Positions 13,570 through 25,949 of a DNA stretch of 64,000 bases are shown piece after piece. Position numbers and translations under genes: made by a program. The stretch comes from the human T2T-CHM13v2.0 reference genome, Homo sapiens, in NCBI RefSeq assembly GCF_009914755.1, contig NC_060928.1. The stretch is one strand, 5' to 3'. The notes under the pieces were generated by a model that did not search any database, was not told the DNA's origin, and saw only the letters and a list, made by a program, of their open reading frames with translations. The first letter of the stretch is position 1; the number at the start of each line of letters is the position of its first letter.

Positions 13570-14440
13570 TTCAGAGAGTGAAATTTCAAGACACATTGAA
13601 TGAGGAGATATTTGCAATTAATATTTCTGGCAAAGGACTTATATTCAAAATATGAAAGGTTCTCTTAAAATTTAATTTTAAGAGGTAGCCAACCCAGTTA
13701 ATAAAACAGGCAAAGGATTAACAGGCATTGCATAACAAAGTATATCTCAATGACCAATAAACATACGAAAAGGAGCTCAAGTTAAAAACATAATGGACTA
13801 TTACTATCTGTCTATCAGAATGGCTAAGATGAAAATTCCAGACCATGTGAGAGAGGACACTAAACAGGAGGAATGTTCATACATTGTTAGTGAGAATGAA
13901 ATTGGTAAAACCCACTTGTACCAACGCATTCTATGACAGTATTCCCTAAGCTGAATATATGCATGCCTTATGAAAGCAATTCTACTTTAGGTAAGTACAC
14001 AATAGAGAGTCATAAATATCCATCAAAAGACAATGCAAACATCCATCAACAATAGAATAGATAAAGCAACTGTGGAATACTTTACAAAAACAAGAATAAG
14101 AAACCTAATGCCACATTCCAAACATAAATCTCAAAACCACAATGATCAGTAAAAGAAATCAGATGCAAAATGTGTCCACGCTGAATTATTCCACATATGT
14201 ACATATCAAAACCAGAGAAAACAAATCTGCGATATGAGAAATCACATCAGTAATTACTCTTTGAAAAAGGGATGGGTACTAATCAGGAGGAGGCTCAAGG
14301 GGACTTTCTAAGAAGCTGGTACGATTCTATTTCTATTTCACTGCTTGGTAAGTGGGAGTGTTCACGTTGTGAGGGTTCATTGAGCCTTACATTTTTTATT
14401 GTTCTTTTTTCTGTCTATATATATATCCTTCAGCAAAAAG
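13570..14440 (+). mobile_element. Old L1M (L1ME/L1MC-like) 3' fragment
   Basis: gagatatttgcaa...ggcaaaggacttatattcaaaatat, caataaacatacgaaaagg, atccatcaacaatagaatagataaa are L1 ORF2 C-terminal/3'UTR motifs. Confidence 0.7.
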
Positions 14441-15949
14441 CCTTAGATTATATCATTGAAAAAATAAATACAGGAACACTTTTTAATGAGACAGATAATT
14501 TTTTAATGCAACTTAATCAAACTGATTTTATTCCTGCTTTTAGACTATATTTTCTTTGTACATATCCAATTTGTATTACACAACTTCATCCTTACTGATT
14601 TATTTTCTAACATACAAGTTATACTATTGCCTTTCAAGGGCTTTAAATGAGCCTCTGTCCTTCTCACCATGTATTTCACAACAGAAAATCCATCCACTGA
14701 ATAGCTGTTAAATTACTAAAGTATGCTCTCTTCCTGCCTATATCATATTACTTAGGAGAGGAAAATTTTATAGCCCATGAAAATTTAGGTACTCACCTAA
14801 CATAATTATAAAATCTGTATTCACAAGGATTACTCATTAATTTGTTCTAATATAGAAATAAACACATTATTATAAAAAATAAAATATTTTTTGTCTCTGG
14901 GCCTTATATAACACAAGATTACTGAACAAATAAAAATATATATTATGACACATTTGTTGCTCTTTCTCTTCCCTTCATATTAAAATAAAAAAAGATGTGT
15001 CAGTAAATAATCAGTATGATATTTATCAAGAAATCAAGAATGTATAAAACCAGTCTAGAGAGCTCATGAGAATTAACAACCCTAAATATTTTTCAATCTT
15101 TATGCTTAGAATTCCACATTTATTAATCTCAACTGATATACTTGAGACTAATAAATGTGGAATTGTAAGCATAAAGATTGAAAAATATTATATAAAATTT
15201 TATCAAAGGTTGTTTAAGAGGAACAAACCCTTACTCGATGACACACTTCTTCGGAAAAGAGTGAATTTCTAGGAATTGTCAGACTCGTTTACTACAAAAA
15301 TATATTTATTGTATTAGAATATATTTGTCATTGTTTCCAATGATAAGGCTTAAAAATATATAAGAAGGATTCAGGCTGAAAAGTATTGTGTAAAGCATAA
15401 AATTCAGGTGTAAGTACTAAGAAATTTTGAAGACTTACAAACAGGCAAGGATCAAATACTTCTTGTTACGTAAATCATGTTTTATTTGTAGAACATTGTG
15501 AAGCATTCATAACAAAATCTGAGATTCACCTGGTTTCAGTTTCAAGTAAATGTGAAACTCAGACTGGTTCAGCAAAAGTTTTGCCAAGGTTCATAAACTT
15601 TCATCAATGTGGGCTGATTTTTTTGGAAGGGGGTGGGAAGTAGGACTATCCAATAATTTTTACCATGTTTGGACTAGATTTCTTTGCAAATGAAAACATG
15701 CAGATGAAAGCCAAAGGAGGTAAAATGCAGACAATCTTATGCTTACTTTTTATAAATACGATCTGGTGCAAATTTTCTTTACACTTTTAAGAAAAGTTTT
15801 ATGTCCTTTTTGGCAGGCCAAAAAAAAAAATCTTAGTTTGATCTTCTTTTCTACATAGAAAACTTACAACAGAAAATTACCTGTGATGCCACTTTTCATG
15901 AAAAACCAATAGAAGTGAACGTAAGTATATTTATATAGCAATAACAGTA

Positions 15950-16150
15950 TCAATATTACTGTTTTAAATGGCTTATGTGTATTATATAATTTATTCTTAC
16001 TATAATTCTCTATGGTAGGTCCTTTTACAAACAAAAGTAAGTTTTAGAGAAAGATTAAATAATTTGTCCAATGTCATGCAACTTAAGTTGCAAAACCAAA
16101 ATTTAACCCAGGGAATATAACTATAGAGACCAGACTCTTAACCATTATAA
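15950..16150 (-). mobile_element. MIR fragment
   Basis: agattaaataatttgtccaatgtcatgcaact...ccagactcttaacca is the antisense MIR core. Confidence 0.55.
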
Positions 16151-16762
16151 TATTGTGGCAGTCACTACTATTCTAGTTGCCTATCCCAAATTCATTCTTC
16201 TTTTCTTTCTTTGTACTAAGACATCAGCAATGATTACTGTACAGAGAAATAGAAGGAGACTGGACTTTTGATTATTTCATTGATCCCGTTACGAACCTAG
16301 TTCTTTCTACTTCTAGATTCCTTGTTACCAGAGAAATAGAAAAGTCTGTACTTATTTAAGCCTCATTATAACTACTCCTAAAGGGTCAGTGATATTACCT
16401 CCCACCTTGTCTTATCATAATTATAGGTGTAAAAAAGACAATCAATCAGTACCCAACACAAAATCTGAATGTAGTTGTACTATTAAGGCACAGTCTTTCT
16501 GAGAAAACCAAGAGCTTACAAAGGGGTTTGGGAAGCTTGGTGTTCAAGTATTGATGAACTGTCAGAAGCAGAAATATTTAGGAATTGGTTGATTATTTTT
16601 GGCTAGGAAACTGGTTATTTGAGTGAGACTATCACTGATTAGTTGACTTGCAGAAATATATTTACTCAGTAAGGTTACCGCTAATTGGCTGACCTCAGAA
16701 ATAACAGATTTTCACTAGTGGTTGCCTTTCTATGGCGCGGTTACAGAAGCAAGATTTCACTT

Positions 16763-17168
16763 TGATATGGTTTGGATGTATGTCCCCTCCAAAGCTCAAG
16801 TTGAAATGTAATCTCCAGTGTTGGCAGTGGGTCTGTTTGGGTCATGGGGGTGGGTCCCTCAGAAATGCTTGGTGCTGTCCTCACGGTAATGACTGAGTTC
16901 TCACTCTATTAGTTCACATTAGAGCTGGTTGTTTAAAAGATCCTGGAACCTCCTTCTCTCTCTTGGTCCCTCTCTCACCATGTGACACATCTGGTCACCT
17001 TTGTCATCTGCCACAAGTAAAAGCTTCTGGAGGCTTCACTAGAAGCCAAGCAGATGTTGGTACCATTGTTGTACAGCCTGCAGAACTATATGCAAAATAA
17101 ACCTCTTTTCTTTATAAATTACCCAGGCTCAGGTGTTTCTTTATAGCAACACAAAATGGACTGACACA
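16763..17168 (+). mobile_element. MST (MSTB-like) MaLR solo LTR, probably nested in an older LTR-like sequence (about 16390-17250)
   Basis: tgatatggtttggatgtatgtcccctccaaa ... aataaacctcttttctttataaattaccca ... aaatggactgacaca. Confidence 0.9.
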
Positions 17169-17882
17169 TACATATTTACTTGAATGTTTAACAGCTTGGT
17201 TCTGGTGGTTATTTGTTGGTATGATAAAGAACAAACAGTTCTTTCCTATAAGGTTAATGGCTTCTTACCTTCAAAAAGTTTCATACAAATAGTAGGAAGA
17301 TCACCAAGAAGTTACAGTAGTTCAGGATTTCCTGGACTAGATTTTGAGTATCTTTATTTTTGTATCTTGACCTTATGCTAAGGTCATTAAGGGATATTCA
17401 TAGTTTGTTTGATTTGGTTTAGCTTTTAGAAAGTAACATACCCATTCTCACTTTATAATACTGATGTAAAAATCCTGTTATGCGAATAAATAAATAAAAC
17501 GCAGGGACTCTGTAGAGAAAATGTGCTTTAAAATTGTTTTCTAAAACACTTTCTACCCATTTGAAAAACTGAGTTTCAAAAGACTGAATTACTTTCATTA
17601 AAAAAGCAAAATAAAACTCATGTTTCTCAACTTTTAATCTAATTGTTTCTCAAAACCTCAAAATAAAATGACTGCATTAATTATTTAGTCTTAGGATAGA
17701 ATAAACAAGAAAATGCGATATGCAATGCAAATGGATTTTGAGGTATTTATTTTGAGAAGATGATTGAAAGAGGAAATCAATCAGTCATTAAAATTCAGCT
17801 CTGATTTACAATTTTCATAAAATTAATATGTAAGTATAACTAAGTATACTTCTACTCATTTTCACTTAAATCTATCAATATA

Positions 17883-18223
17883 TAGTCTTTCCTCAGTATC
17901 CTTGGGGAATTGCTTCCAGGACCCCCATGGATACCAAAATCCACCAGTGTTCAAGTTCCTTATATGAAACGTTGTCGTATTTGCATATAACTTATGTAAA
18001 TTATCCTGTATACTTTAAATCACATCTAGATTACTTATAATACCTAATACAATGTACATTCTATGTTAATAGTTTTTATGCTACACTTCTAGGAAATAAT
18101 GACAAGAAAAAGTCTGTACATGTTTACTACAGATGGAACCATTCATTTTTTTCCCCATGGATTTTCAATCAGTGGTTGATTGAATCCATTAATGGGGAAC
18201 CAATGGATATGGAGACCCAACTG
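17883..18223 (+). mobile_element. MER2 (TcMar-Tigger non-autonomous DNA transposon)
   Basis: terminal inverted repeats tagtctttcctcagtatcc / ggatatggagacccaactg, TA on both flanks, internal ttccaggacccc..ggataccaaaatcc. Confidence 0.9.
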
Positions 18224-20164
18224 TATATGAAATAAATATATAGTGGTGATCTTTTAAAAATAAGTAAGTTTAGTGTTAGGCTAGAAGAAACAATTTTCCT
18301 TATTAGGTGTTAGTACAAAACTTTAATTTATGAATTGTTTTATCCCTGGAGATCACTTTGATATGCAAATTGCATTTAGGAAAATAAATTTCAAACTGAG
18401 TAAAATTATTGTTTGAATTTTTAAAAGTAATCACAAAATATAACATACCAGTTTTCTTAAAATAATAAAGGAAGTAACAAAATCAAAATGTATTAGTGGA
18501 AAATCAGTATATTGTCCGTTAAAATGAAAATACTTCCACATATAGAAGCTTCTGAAATAGTAATTTCATTGTTAATTAAACACTAACATTTACATGCCAT
18601 ATGGCCATATGTTACCATGGTTCTTTGCTATGATACCCCATTCTACTTCTAAAGTTAAAATTGATTTAGTGAGCAGTCCAGACAATATAAGACCCTTTAC
18701 TTACTTTTGCCCTCTGAAAGGGATATGCATATTTTCGGGTTAGGTGTTCCATGGTCAGCCAATTTCAGACTGTGGGGAAAGACAATTGTTCATCAGTGGT
18801 GCTCTGCGAGAATGATGACTAGAGTACAACCCAGAGAGAATTAGAGTACTAACATAACTGGACTCTCCCTGAACAAACCTTTGAGTAAGTGTACAGATTG
18901 TTGGGAATTACTAGGAAGAAAGAGGGAGTCGAGTTACTAAAACATATAATTCATAACTGAAGGCAGAAATGGTTTCTTGAAATGGCCTGGTGTTTATATT
19001 AAGGATGCCCCAGGCTGAAGTACTGTGAAACTATGGCACTATGGTATATAAAACATGTCATAATTACAAAGCTACTGAAAAAGCACTTAATACTTTTATT
19101 CAATTTCAGTTTGCTAAAGTACAAGCAAACTTAAGTAAACTATAATGCATACATGAATATCTTCTTACAAATTTTCTTATGTGAAAAAAATTACTAGTTA
19201 AATCATATTGCTTTGATACAGACTTGGTTTTTTGTTTTTTTTGGGGGGGCAGCATTCATAAATAGGAGTTGTGCAGGGGCATATGATGTGCTATTTTTAG
19301 AATCCTGTCCTGTTTCCATTTTCCTTTCAATTCCACAGAACAAATGGAAGTATTTAAGAATCCTATACACAAATCTGAATGACCTTACAATTCTTTATTC
19401 AAATAAAATTCTTGTATTTTTATAGATCACATGTATAATTGAAAGTCAAGCAGCCAAGGACAAGCTTTCACAACGATCGCACAGCAGACTCTTGTGACTA
19501 CTTTTAGGCTTGAGTTTTAAAACTTGAACATTATGTTACTAGGTGTTTTGTTGAAACCTTTTCTATTGCCATGAAGAGCTGGAGAAAGGAGATAAATTAC
19601 ATAGTTAATAAGTTATCCCTTAGTGGAGCAAATATACAAATTCATAGCTGCCTAAACATGAGTTTGGTAAGGTTTATAATAAAAAGATTATAGTTATTTT
19701 CTCAGGAAATAAAACTAGCCAAGTGGTAGGATTGTTCTCTAAAACAGATGCTATTTATTGCATGTGTATTCCCATTTATTATAATTTCCTGGCCCCTTTG
19801 TAGTTCAATCCTGACAACTGTAAGTCAACAGAAAAGATGAGACACAGTGGTAAATCAAAGTGAAGAACAATTATTTAAATAAGTGGAAAACATGCTTGGT
19901 ATTGAGGTTATAGACAATTTTTGTAGTATTTAACAGAAAAAGGGTACAGCGTCTGATAGTGCCAAGAGTATAACCAACAGCATTTTCAAAGTCATGAGAC
20001 CATTTAGTTATTTGGCCTAACTATGCAGAAGAGTAACTAATGCATGGAACATATCAATTGCATTTATTGTTAAGAAAGCTTTTAAAAGTGAAACCACCAA
20101 TCCTTCAGGCTATTTCTAATTTATTCACTTAATCATTCTGACTTTTGGTAGAAACTTCATCTTC

Positions 20165-20335
20165 TTCTGGTCAGTCCTAACACAGTAATCTTGGGTTCCA
20201 TTTGTAACCACGTGCTTGGCTAGGACATTCATTAGAGGTAACACATTCTGTTCTTGATAGCAATCCAGTTGCTTAGCCTCTACCCCAGAAGATTGTATTA
20301 AATATGACACTGTTGAGCACTGTGAAATTTCTCTT
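20165..20335 (-). mobile_element. Possible ancient CR1/L3-type reverse transcriptase remnant
   Basis: with frameshifts the minus strand gives NFTVLNSV...LSNW..Q.V...VTNG..VLG, spaced like CR1 RT DFSKAFDSV...WI.NWL..R.QRV...VTSGVPQGSVLG; inference only. Confidence 0.3.
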
Positions 20336-21250
20336 TGTTTAGACAACACTTGAAGCATATCCTGTGTGTAATATACCAAGGGTAAATGGTGGTCAATCAT
20401 CTGTTCTTGAAGGCTGCAAGTCTGTCAGTCTTCAATTTAATCACCTTCAGTATGTATACTTTCTTTATTTTTCCACAAGAAAAATGTTCTGAGCATACTG
20501 CTGGCTCTGTAAAGCTACAGGATATACTATATAGCTTATTTCTCAATGAAGTATGTTGAATCTTTAACATTGGTTAAAACTGGAAAAAATAAATAACTTT
20601 GAACTATATTATAAACTGTCTTCCATTTAAGTCTTGAGTTTTATATCACTAAAATGAGATAGTTAAAGCTGTTGTTTTGACCTATTATGAGTGTTTAGCA
20701 CATATCCTTCCAGGATTTTCCACCTTGTTTGACACACTTCTTTACGTTTTATTTAAAAAATATAGCATAAGCTTTACAATAGCACATGTGTAATGTAGTC
20801 AGTTCAAATGCTGTCTACATAAACTTGACAAGTTTAATTCATGGAAGAAACTGAAATGTTAATAAGGTCATTGTCAGAAGGTTACAACATTTCACTGCTG
20901 TAATTGTTATTATTATTTTATCTCTCTTAGCAACACATTATGGTTTGTTAAAGCTAAATATTTCCTTAGAAGACTGACATTGAGTTGACTTGATTTGTAA
21001 TATGGAGTGTGCTGGTTAAACTACAAAGAATTAATCCTATTATATTTCACAAATAGCACCTGCTCAAGTCTGCTATAGTTGTCTGTCTACATGGAATGTG
21101 TCAGAGCAAAATTTGGCAGGACTGACAGACTGAATTCCCAAAAACTCAGAATATTTGTTCTTTATGAAACCTGCACTTTTTTTTAACTACCAAGTATTTG
21201 TTTGGAAATTAACCCTGAATTAGCCAGTTTCAAATTACTCTGTCATCACA

Positions 21251-21541
21251 TTTTTTTTTCAAGACTGGATCTCTCTCTGTTGTCCAGGCTGGCAGGCATT
21301 GGTGCATGCAAAGATTACTGTAACCTAGAACTCCTGGGCTCAAGAGATCCTCCCACCTAAGCCTCCTGAGTAGCCAGGACTACAGGCACATGCTGCCATG
21401 CTTAGCTAATTTTTTATTTTTTGTGGAGATGAGGTCTCACTCTGTTTCCCAGGCTGGTCTCAAACTCCTGGCTTCAAGTAATCCTCTTGCCTCCACCTTC
21501 CAAAATGCTAGTATTATAGGCATGAGCCACTGTGCCCAGCC
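21251..21541 (-). mobile_element. AluJ
   Basis: antisense dimeric Alu with J-type gggctcaagagatcctccc and ctcctggcttcaagtaatcc; CpG-depleted. Confidence 0.9.
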
Positions 21542-21779
21542 ACAGCATGATTTATTCAGTGTGAGATATATAATTAGTATTAAATGCTCTAATATGAGTC
21601 TTCTAAAATATCTTTCAAGGGGAATTCAGAATCTTCTAGAGTATCATTGGATACAAAGAAATACTAGTGAACTTGGATATCATGTATTTTGCAGGTTCAG
21701 TAAGTAGCTTTATCCAGTTCATTTGGTAAATTGATTATAAAAATGTTCTCTACCCCCTGAGCATTATACTCTGCTGCAT

Positions 21780-21891
21780 GACTTTACAGACCCTGAGTTA
21801 CAGAAATAGCACATTTTTTCCCTGATATATATCTGTAACTCAGGGTCTGTAAAGTCCCTGGATATATATATATCCGGATATATATATCTGG
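21780..21891. repeat. Inverted-repeat cluster: 25-bp perfect IR plus AT-rich palindromes
   Basis: gactttacagaccctgagttacaga (21780-21804) is the reverse complement of 21832-21856; palindromes at 21860-21875 and 21864-21887. Confidence 0.95.
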
Positions 21892-22275
21892 ACTGGCCTT
21901 ATGATTTGATTTTGCCAATAGAATGCTCTGCCAGTTTTCACTCTTCAAGAAAATTAGCTTGTTTTTACATTCTCTCTCTCCCTTTCTCTTTCTCTCTCCT
22001 GACCCTGCCATCACCTCCAAAACAAGTTTGGGCTAGCCTGCTAAAGAGTAACAGATCACTTATAGTAGATGTGATGCTTCCCTTCCTGGGACTTTCTAAA
22101 CCAATCAACCCTAGATTACCTGTCAGCTTTTTATAGACACTTGAGTGAACCCAGACAAGATCAGCCGAGACAAGTTCAGATCAGCAGAATCACTCAGCTG
22201 ATTAAGAGACTCATGAGAAATAATAAATTGTTTTAAGCCACTAAGTTTTGAGGTGATAGTTTTTATGCAGCAGAA
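21888..22275 (+). mobile_element. MLT1 (G/H-like) MaLR LTR
   Basis: ggactggccttatgatttgattttgccaatagaatg ... gttttaagccactaagttttgagg...ttatgcagca. Confidence 0.75.
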
Positions 22276-22299
22276 AAGCAAAAGGGCTTGCTAAGCAAT

Positions 22300-23400
22300 G
22301 ATCAGGCTCTTTAGTCCTAACAATAACTTGATTTCTAAATTATTACATCAGTCAGCCTGAAATATCAAAGGGAAAAGGCCTGAGAGAACCCTAAGTTTTT
22401 ACCTCTGGCTCACCTTCAGGCACCACACAGTCAGGAAGTGATGGCTGAAGCAGAGTGGTAAACAGTTTGCCAAAGAGTTGAAGGACTGTAAAAAACAGGT
22501 GATGTATAAAGACTAAAAAAGCATATTTTCTTTTTTTTTTTTAGCTCCTGAAGTTTAAGAAAATTGTTAAAATGCTAGCTGACCACTAAGCTAATAAAAC
22601 ACAAACTACAGTGGTCACACAAGACAAAGAATACAGACTATAAAAACATAATTTAGAAAAGCTGCTAAAAAATAAAACCCACAACAACAAACTTGAGAGT
22701 GAAGATAATCTGATTTCCAGAGCTGTCACATTATAATATTCAAAATGTCTAGTTTTCAAGAAAAAATTACAGGGCATTCAAAGAAAGAAGAAAGTATGAC
22801 CTATTCACAGGAAAAAATAAATTAGTAGAAAAGCCTCCTGGAGAATCCCAGATATTAGATTTGCTAGACAGATTTTAATCAACTATTTAAATATGTTGAA
22901 ATAGCTAAATGAAACCATGGAGAGAGAATGAAAGGATGCCAGGAAAATAATGCTTCACAAAATAGAAAATGTCAATAGATAAAAATTATTTAAAAAGAGC
23001 CATATAAACTTTCTGGAGCCAAAAATACAATAATTGAAATGAAAAGTTCACTAGAGGAATTCAATAGCTAATTTGAGCAAAAAGAAGAAAGAATCAGCAA
23101 ATTTGAAAACAGATTAATTATGGTTATCTATTCCAGGGAGCCAAAAAAATAAAAATAAAGAAAATGAATGGAATCTAAGAGATTTTCAGGTCATTATCAG
23201 GCTCACTAACATATGAATAATGGGAGTTCTGTGGGAGAGGAGAAAAAAGAGCAAAAAGAATATTTTAAAAACAATGGTCATAGTTCTCTAAATTTGATGA
23301 AAGACATGACTCTAAACATACAAGACACTCAAAGAACTCCAGGTAAGATAAATTTAAAAGAGAGCCACACTGAAACACGTTATAGTCAGATTGTCAAAAG
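22300..23400 (+). mobile_element. Old L1M 5'/ORF1 fragment
   Basis: ORF1-like translation LNLMKDMTLNIQDTQRTPGKIN...TRYSQIVK (track 23213..23497); A-rich coiled-coil-type sequence. Confidence 0.8.
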
Positions 23401-23441
23401 CAAAACTGGCTACATCATTTTACTTTCCCATCAGCAATGTA

Positions 23442-24990
23442 CAGGCATATCTCACGGATATGGCAGGTTCAGTTTTATACCACTGCAAAAAAAGTGAGTA
23501 TTACAATAAAGTGAGTCACACAATGTTTTTGGCTTCTCAGTTAATATAAAAGTTATGTTTATACTATACTATAGTCTATTAAATGTGCAATAACATTATG
23601 CCTAAAAAATAGTTTATGTGCCTTTATTAAAAAATACTTCATGATAAAAACGTTAATGAGCCTCTGAATCTTCAGTGAGTCTTAACTGAGAGTTTTGCCT
23701 CATGCCTCAATGTGATGGCTGCTGACTGATCAGGGTGGTGGTTGCTGAAGGCTGGTGAGGCAGTGACAATTTCTTAAAATGAGACAACAATGAAGTTTGC
23801 TGCATCGATGGACTTTTCCTTTTGTGAAATATTTCTCTGTTGCATGCAATGCTGTTTGATAGCACTTTATCCACAGTTTCAAAATTGTGGAGTCAATCAT
23901 CTCTAACCCTGCCACTGCTTCATCAACTAAGTTTATGTAATATTCTAAATCCTTTGTTGTCATTTCAACAATGTTCACAGCATCTTCACTAGGAGTGGGT
24001 TCCATTTCACAAAACCATTTTCTTTGCTCATCCATAAGAAGCAACTTCTCATTTGTTAAAGTTTGATCATAAGGTTGCAGCAATTTAATCTCATCTTAAG
24101 GCCCCACTTCTAGTTCTCTTGCTATTTCCATCATCTGCAGCTACTTCTTCCACTGAAATATTGAACTCCTCAAAGTCATCCATGAAGGTTTGAATTAACT
24201 TCTTCCCAACTACTATTAATGCTGATATTTTGACTTCTTCTCATGAATCATGAATGTTCTTAATGGCATCTAGAATGGTAAATTCTTTCTAGAAGATTTT
24301 TAATTTACTCTGCTCAGATCCATCAGTGGAATCACAGTCTATACCAGCTATAGCCTTACAATATGTATTTCTTGAATCATAAGACTTGAAAGTTGGAACT
24401 ATTTCCTGATTCATGGGCTACAGAATGAATGTTGTGTTAGCTTCATCTAACCTATTTATCTCGGCTTTTGATATGCCTTCCTTACTAAGCTTAATCATTT
24501 CTACCTTTTGATTTAAAGTGGGAGATTTGAGACTCTCCCCTTCACTTAAACACTTAGCATCCATTATCTTGTTATTACTTGGCTTCATTTCAATATTGTT
24601 GTGTCTTAGGGAATAGGGAGGCCCAAGAAGAGAAAGAGATGGGGCAACAGCTAGATGGCGAAACCCTCAGAATAGGCACAGCATTTATTGACTAAGTCTG
24701 CAGTCTTTTATGGGCACAGTCTGAAGTACCCCAGAACAATTACAATAGTATCATAAAATCACTGATTTCAAATCACCATATGTAATAATGAAAAAGTTTT
24801 AAATATTGTGAGAATTATCAAAATGTGACACAGAGACATGAAGTGAGCGCATGTTTTTGGAAAAAAATGGCACTGACATATTTGCTTGACACATTTGCCA
24901 CAAACCTTTCATTTGTTAAAAAAAAAATCCAAAGTAAACATTATCTGCAAAATGCAATAAAATGAAGCAAGATAAAACAAGTTATGCTGG
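23442..24990 (-). mobile_element. Tigger1 DNA transposon, internally deleted
   Basis: TIRs caggcatatctc / aagttatgctgg, TA on the left flank; track ORF 23730..24083 gives Tigger1 transposase C-terminus ([38 protein letters not shown]); shorter than the roughly 2.4-kb consensus. Confidence 0.93.
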
Positions 24991-25043
24991 CATGAGTGTT
25001 CTGATTTCTCTGTATACTCACCAACACTTGTTAATATCCATCC

Positions 25044-25122
25044 TTTTTTTATTATACTTTAAGTTCTAGGGTACATGTGCACAACATGCAGGTTTGTTAC
25101 ATATGTATACATGTGCCATGTT
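25044..25122 (-). mobile_element. About 80-bp extremely 5'-truncated L1PA 3' end with TSD
   Basis: ttttttattatactttaagttctagggtacatgtgcacaac...catgtgccatgtt flanked by aatatccatcctttt / aacatccatctttt. Confidence 0.9.
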
Positions 25123-25949
25123 AACATCCATCTTTTTTAGTAAAGTCATCTTAGTGAGTGTGAAGTGGTATCTCATTTTTGTTTTTATTTGCATTTAGCT
25201 AATGGCTAATAATCTTGAGCAATTTTTCATGTGCTTGTTAAAAAATGTCTTAAACTGGCAATTGGAGAAAACATTTTGGTCTTTGATCCAGCTGACATGA
25301 AGGTAATTTAGTAAATTTACTCAATAAGACATATTCAATTAGTCACCTATTCTGCTGACAGAACTGGGTATAGGACCTCCCTTCTCAATGAGGACAACTT
25401 GATTAAAGAAAACTTGCCTGGAGCCTATGACGTCGTCCTACAGAAGGAAGCAAAAGAAACATCATCCAAACATTTCAAGGGGAATTTATCTCCAAAAAGG
25501 ATTCACTATAGAGATGTGCATAATATTTCAGAAGCTGTTCTTCATTTTCCATATTTTACAAGATGCCCTGGACTCTATGAAACAGGAAAAGAAAAGTGTA
25601 ATCTGAGGACTAGTTGAAATGAAAATGTGAGAAGAAACGAAAATGTGAGAAAAAATGAAGAAAATGATGATAACTCATAAAGGTAAAATTTCAAGATTAA
25701 CAGAATTCAAATCTCCATTTGAGGTAATGAAAAACATAAATGGCATTAGAGGATACTAGCAAGGTGAAGAACAATAATAAGAAACTCTCCTTGAATTAAT
25801 TGGAAAATGACAAAAATGTTAATGATAACATGGTTTACGAAGATTGAAAAAGAGACTGAAGCCAATGGAAAAATTAAATACATAGCTAAGAAAAATATCT
25901 AAACAACCTTTCAAATAACACAGTTCAGATGATCTCAACAGATCTCTAG

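Larger units (their letters stand above)
23401..25240 (-). mobile_element. Old L1M ORF2 3' fragment split by Tigger1 and by a tiny L1PA
   Basis: caaaactggctacatcattttactttcccatcagcaatgta (23401-23441) continues at about 24993 as tgagtgttctgatttctct...gtgtgaagtggtatctcatt. Confidence 0.75.

Noticed and set aside
20125-20400. 91-aa ATG ORF followed by AATAAA on the minus strand
   Set aside because: No recognisable family or convincing promoter/acceptor; better explained as a frameshifted CR1-like RT remnant or chance.
23730-24083. Transposase-like ORF as a domesticated TIGD gene
   Set aside because: It is only the C-terminal fragment of an internally deleted, frameshifted Tigger1.
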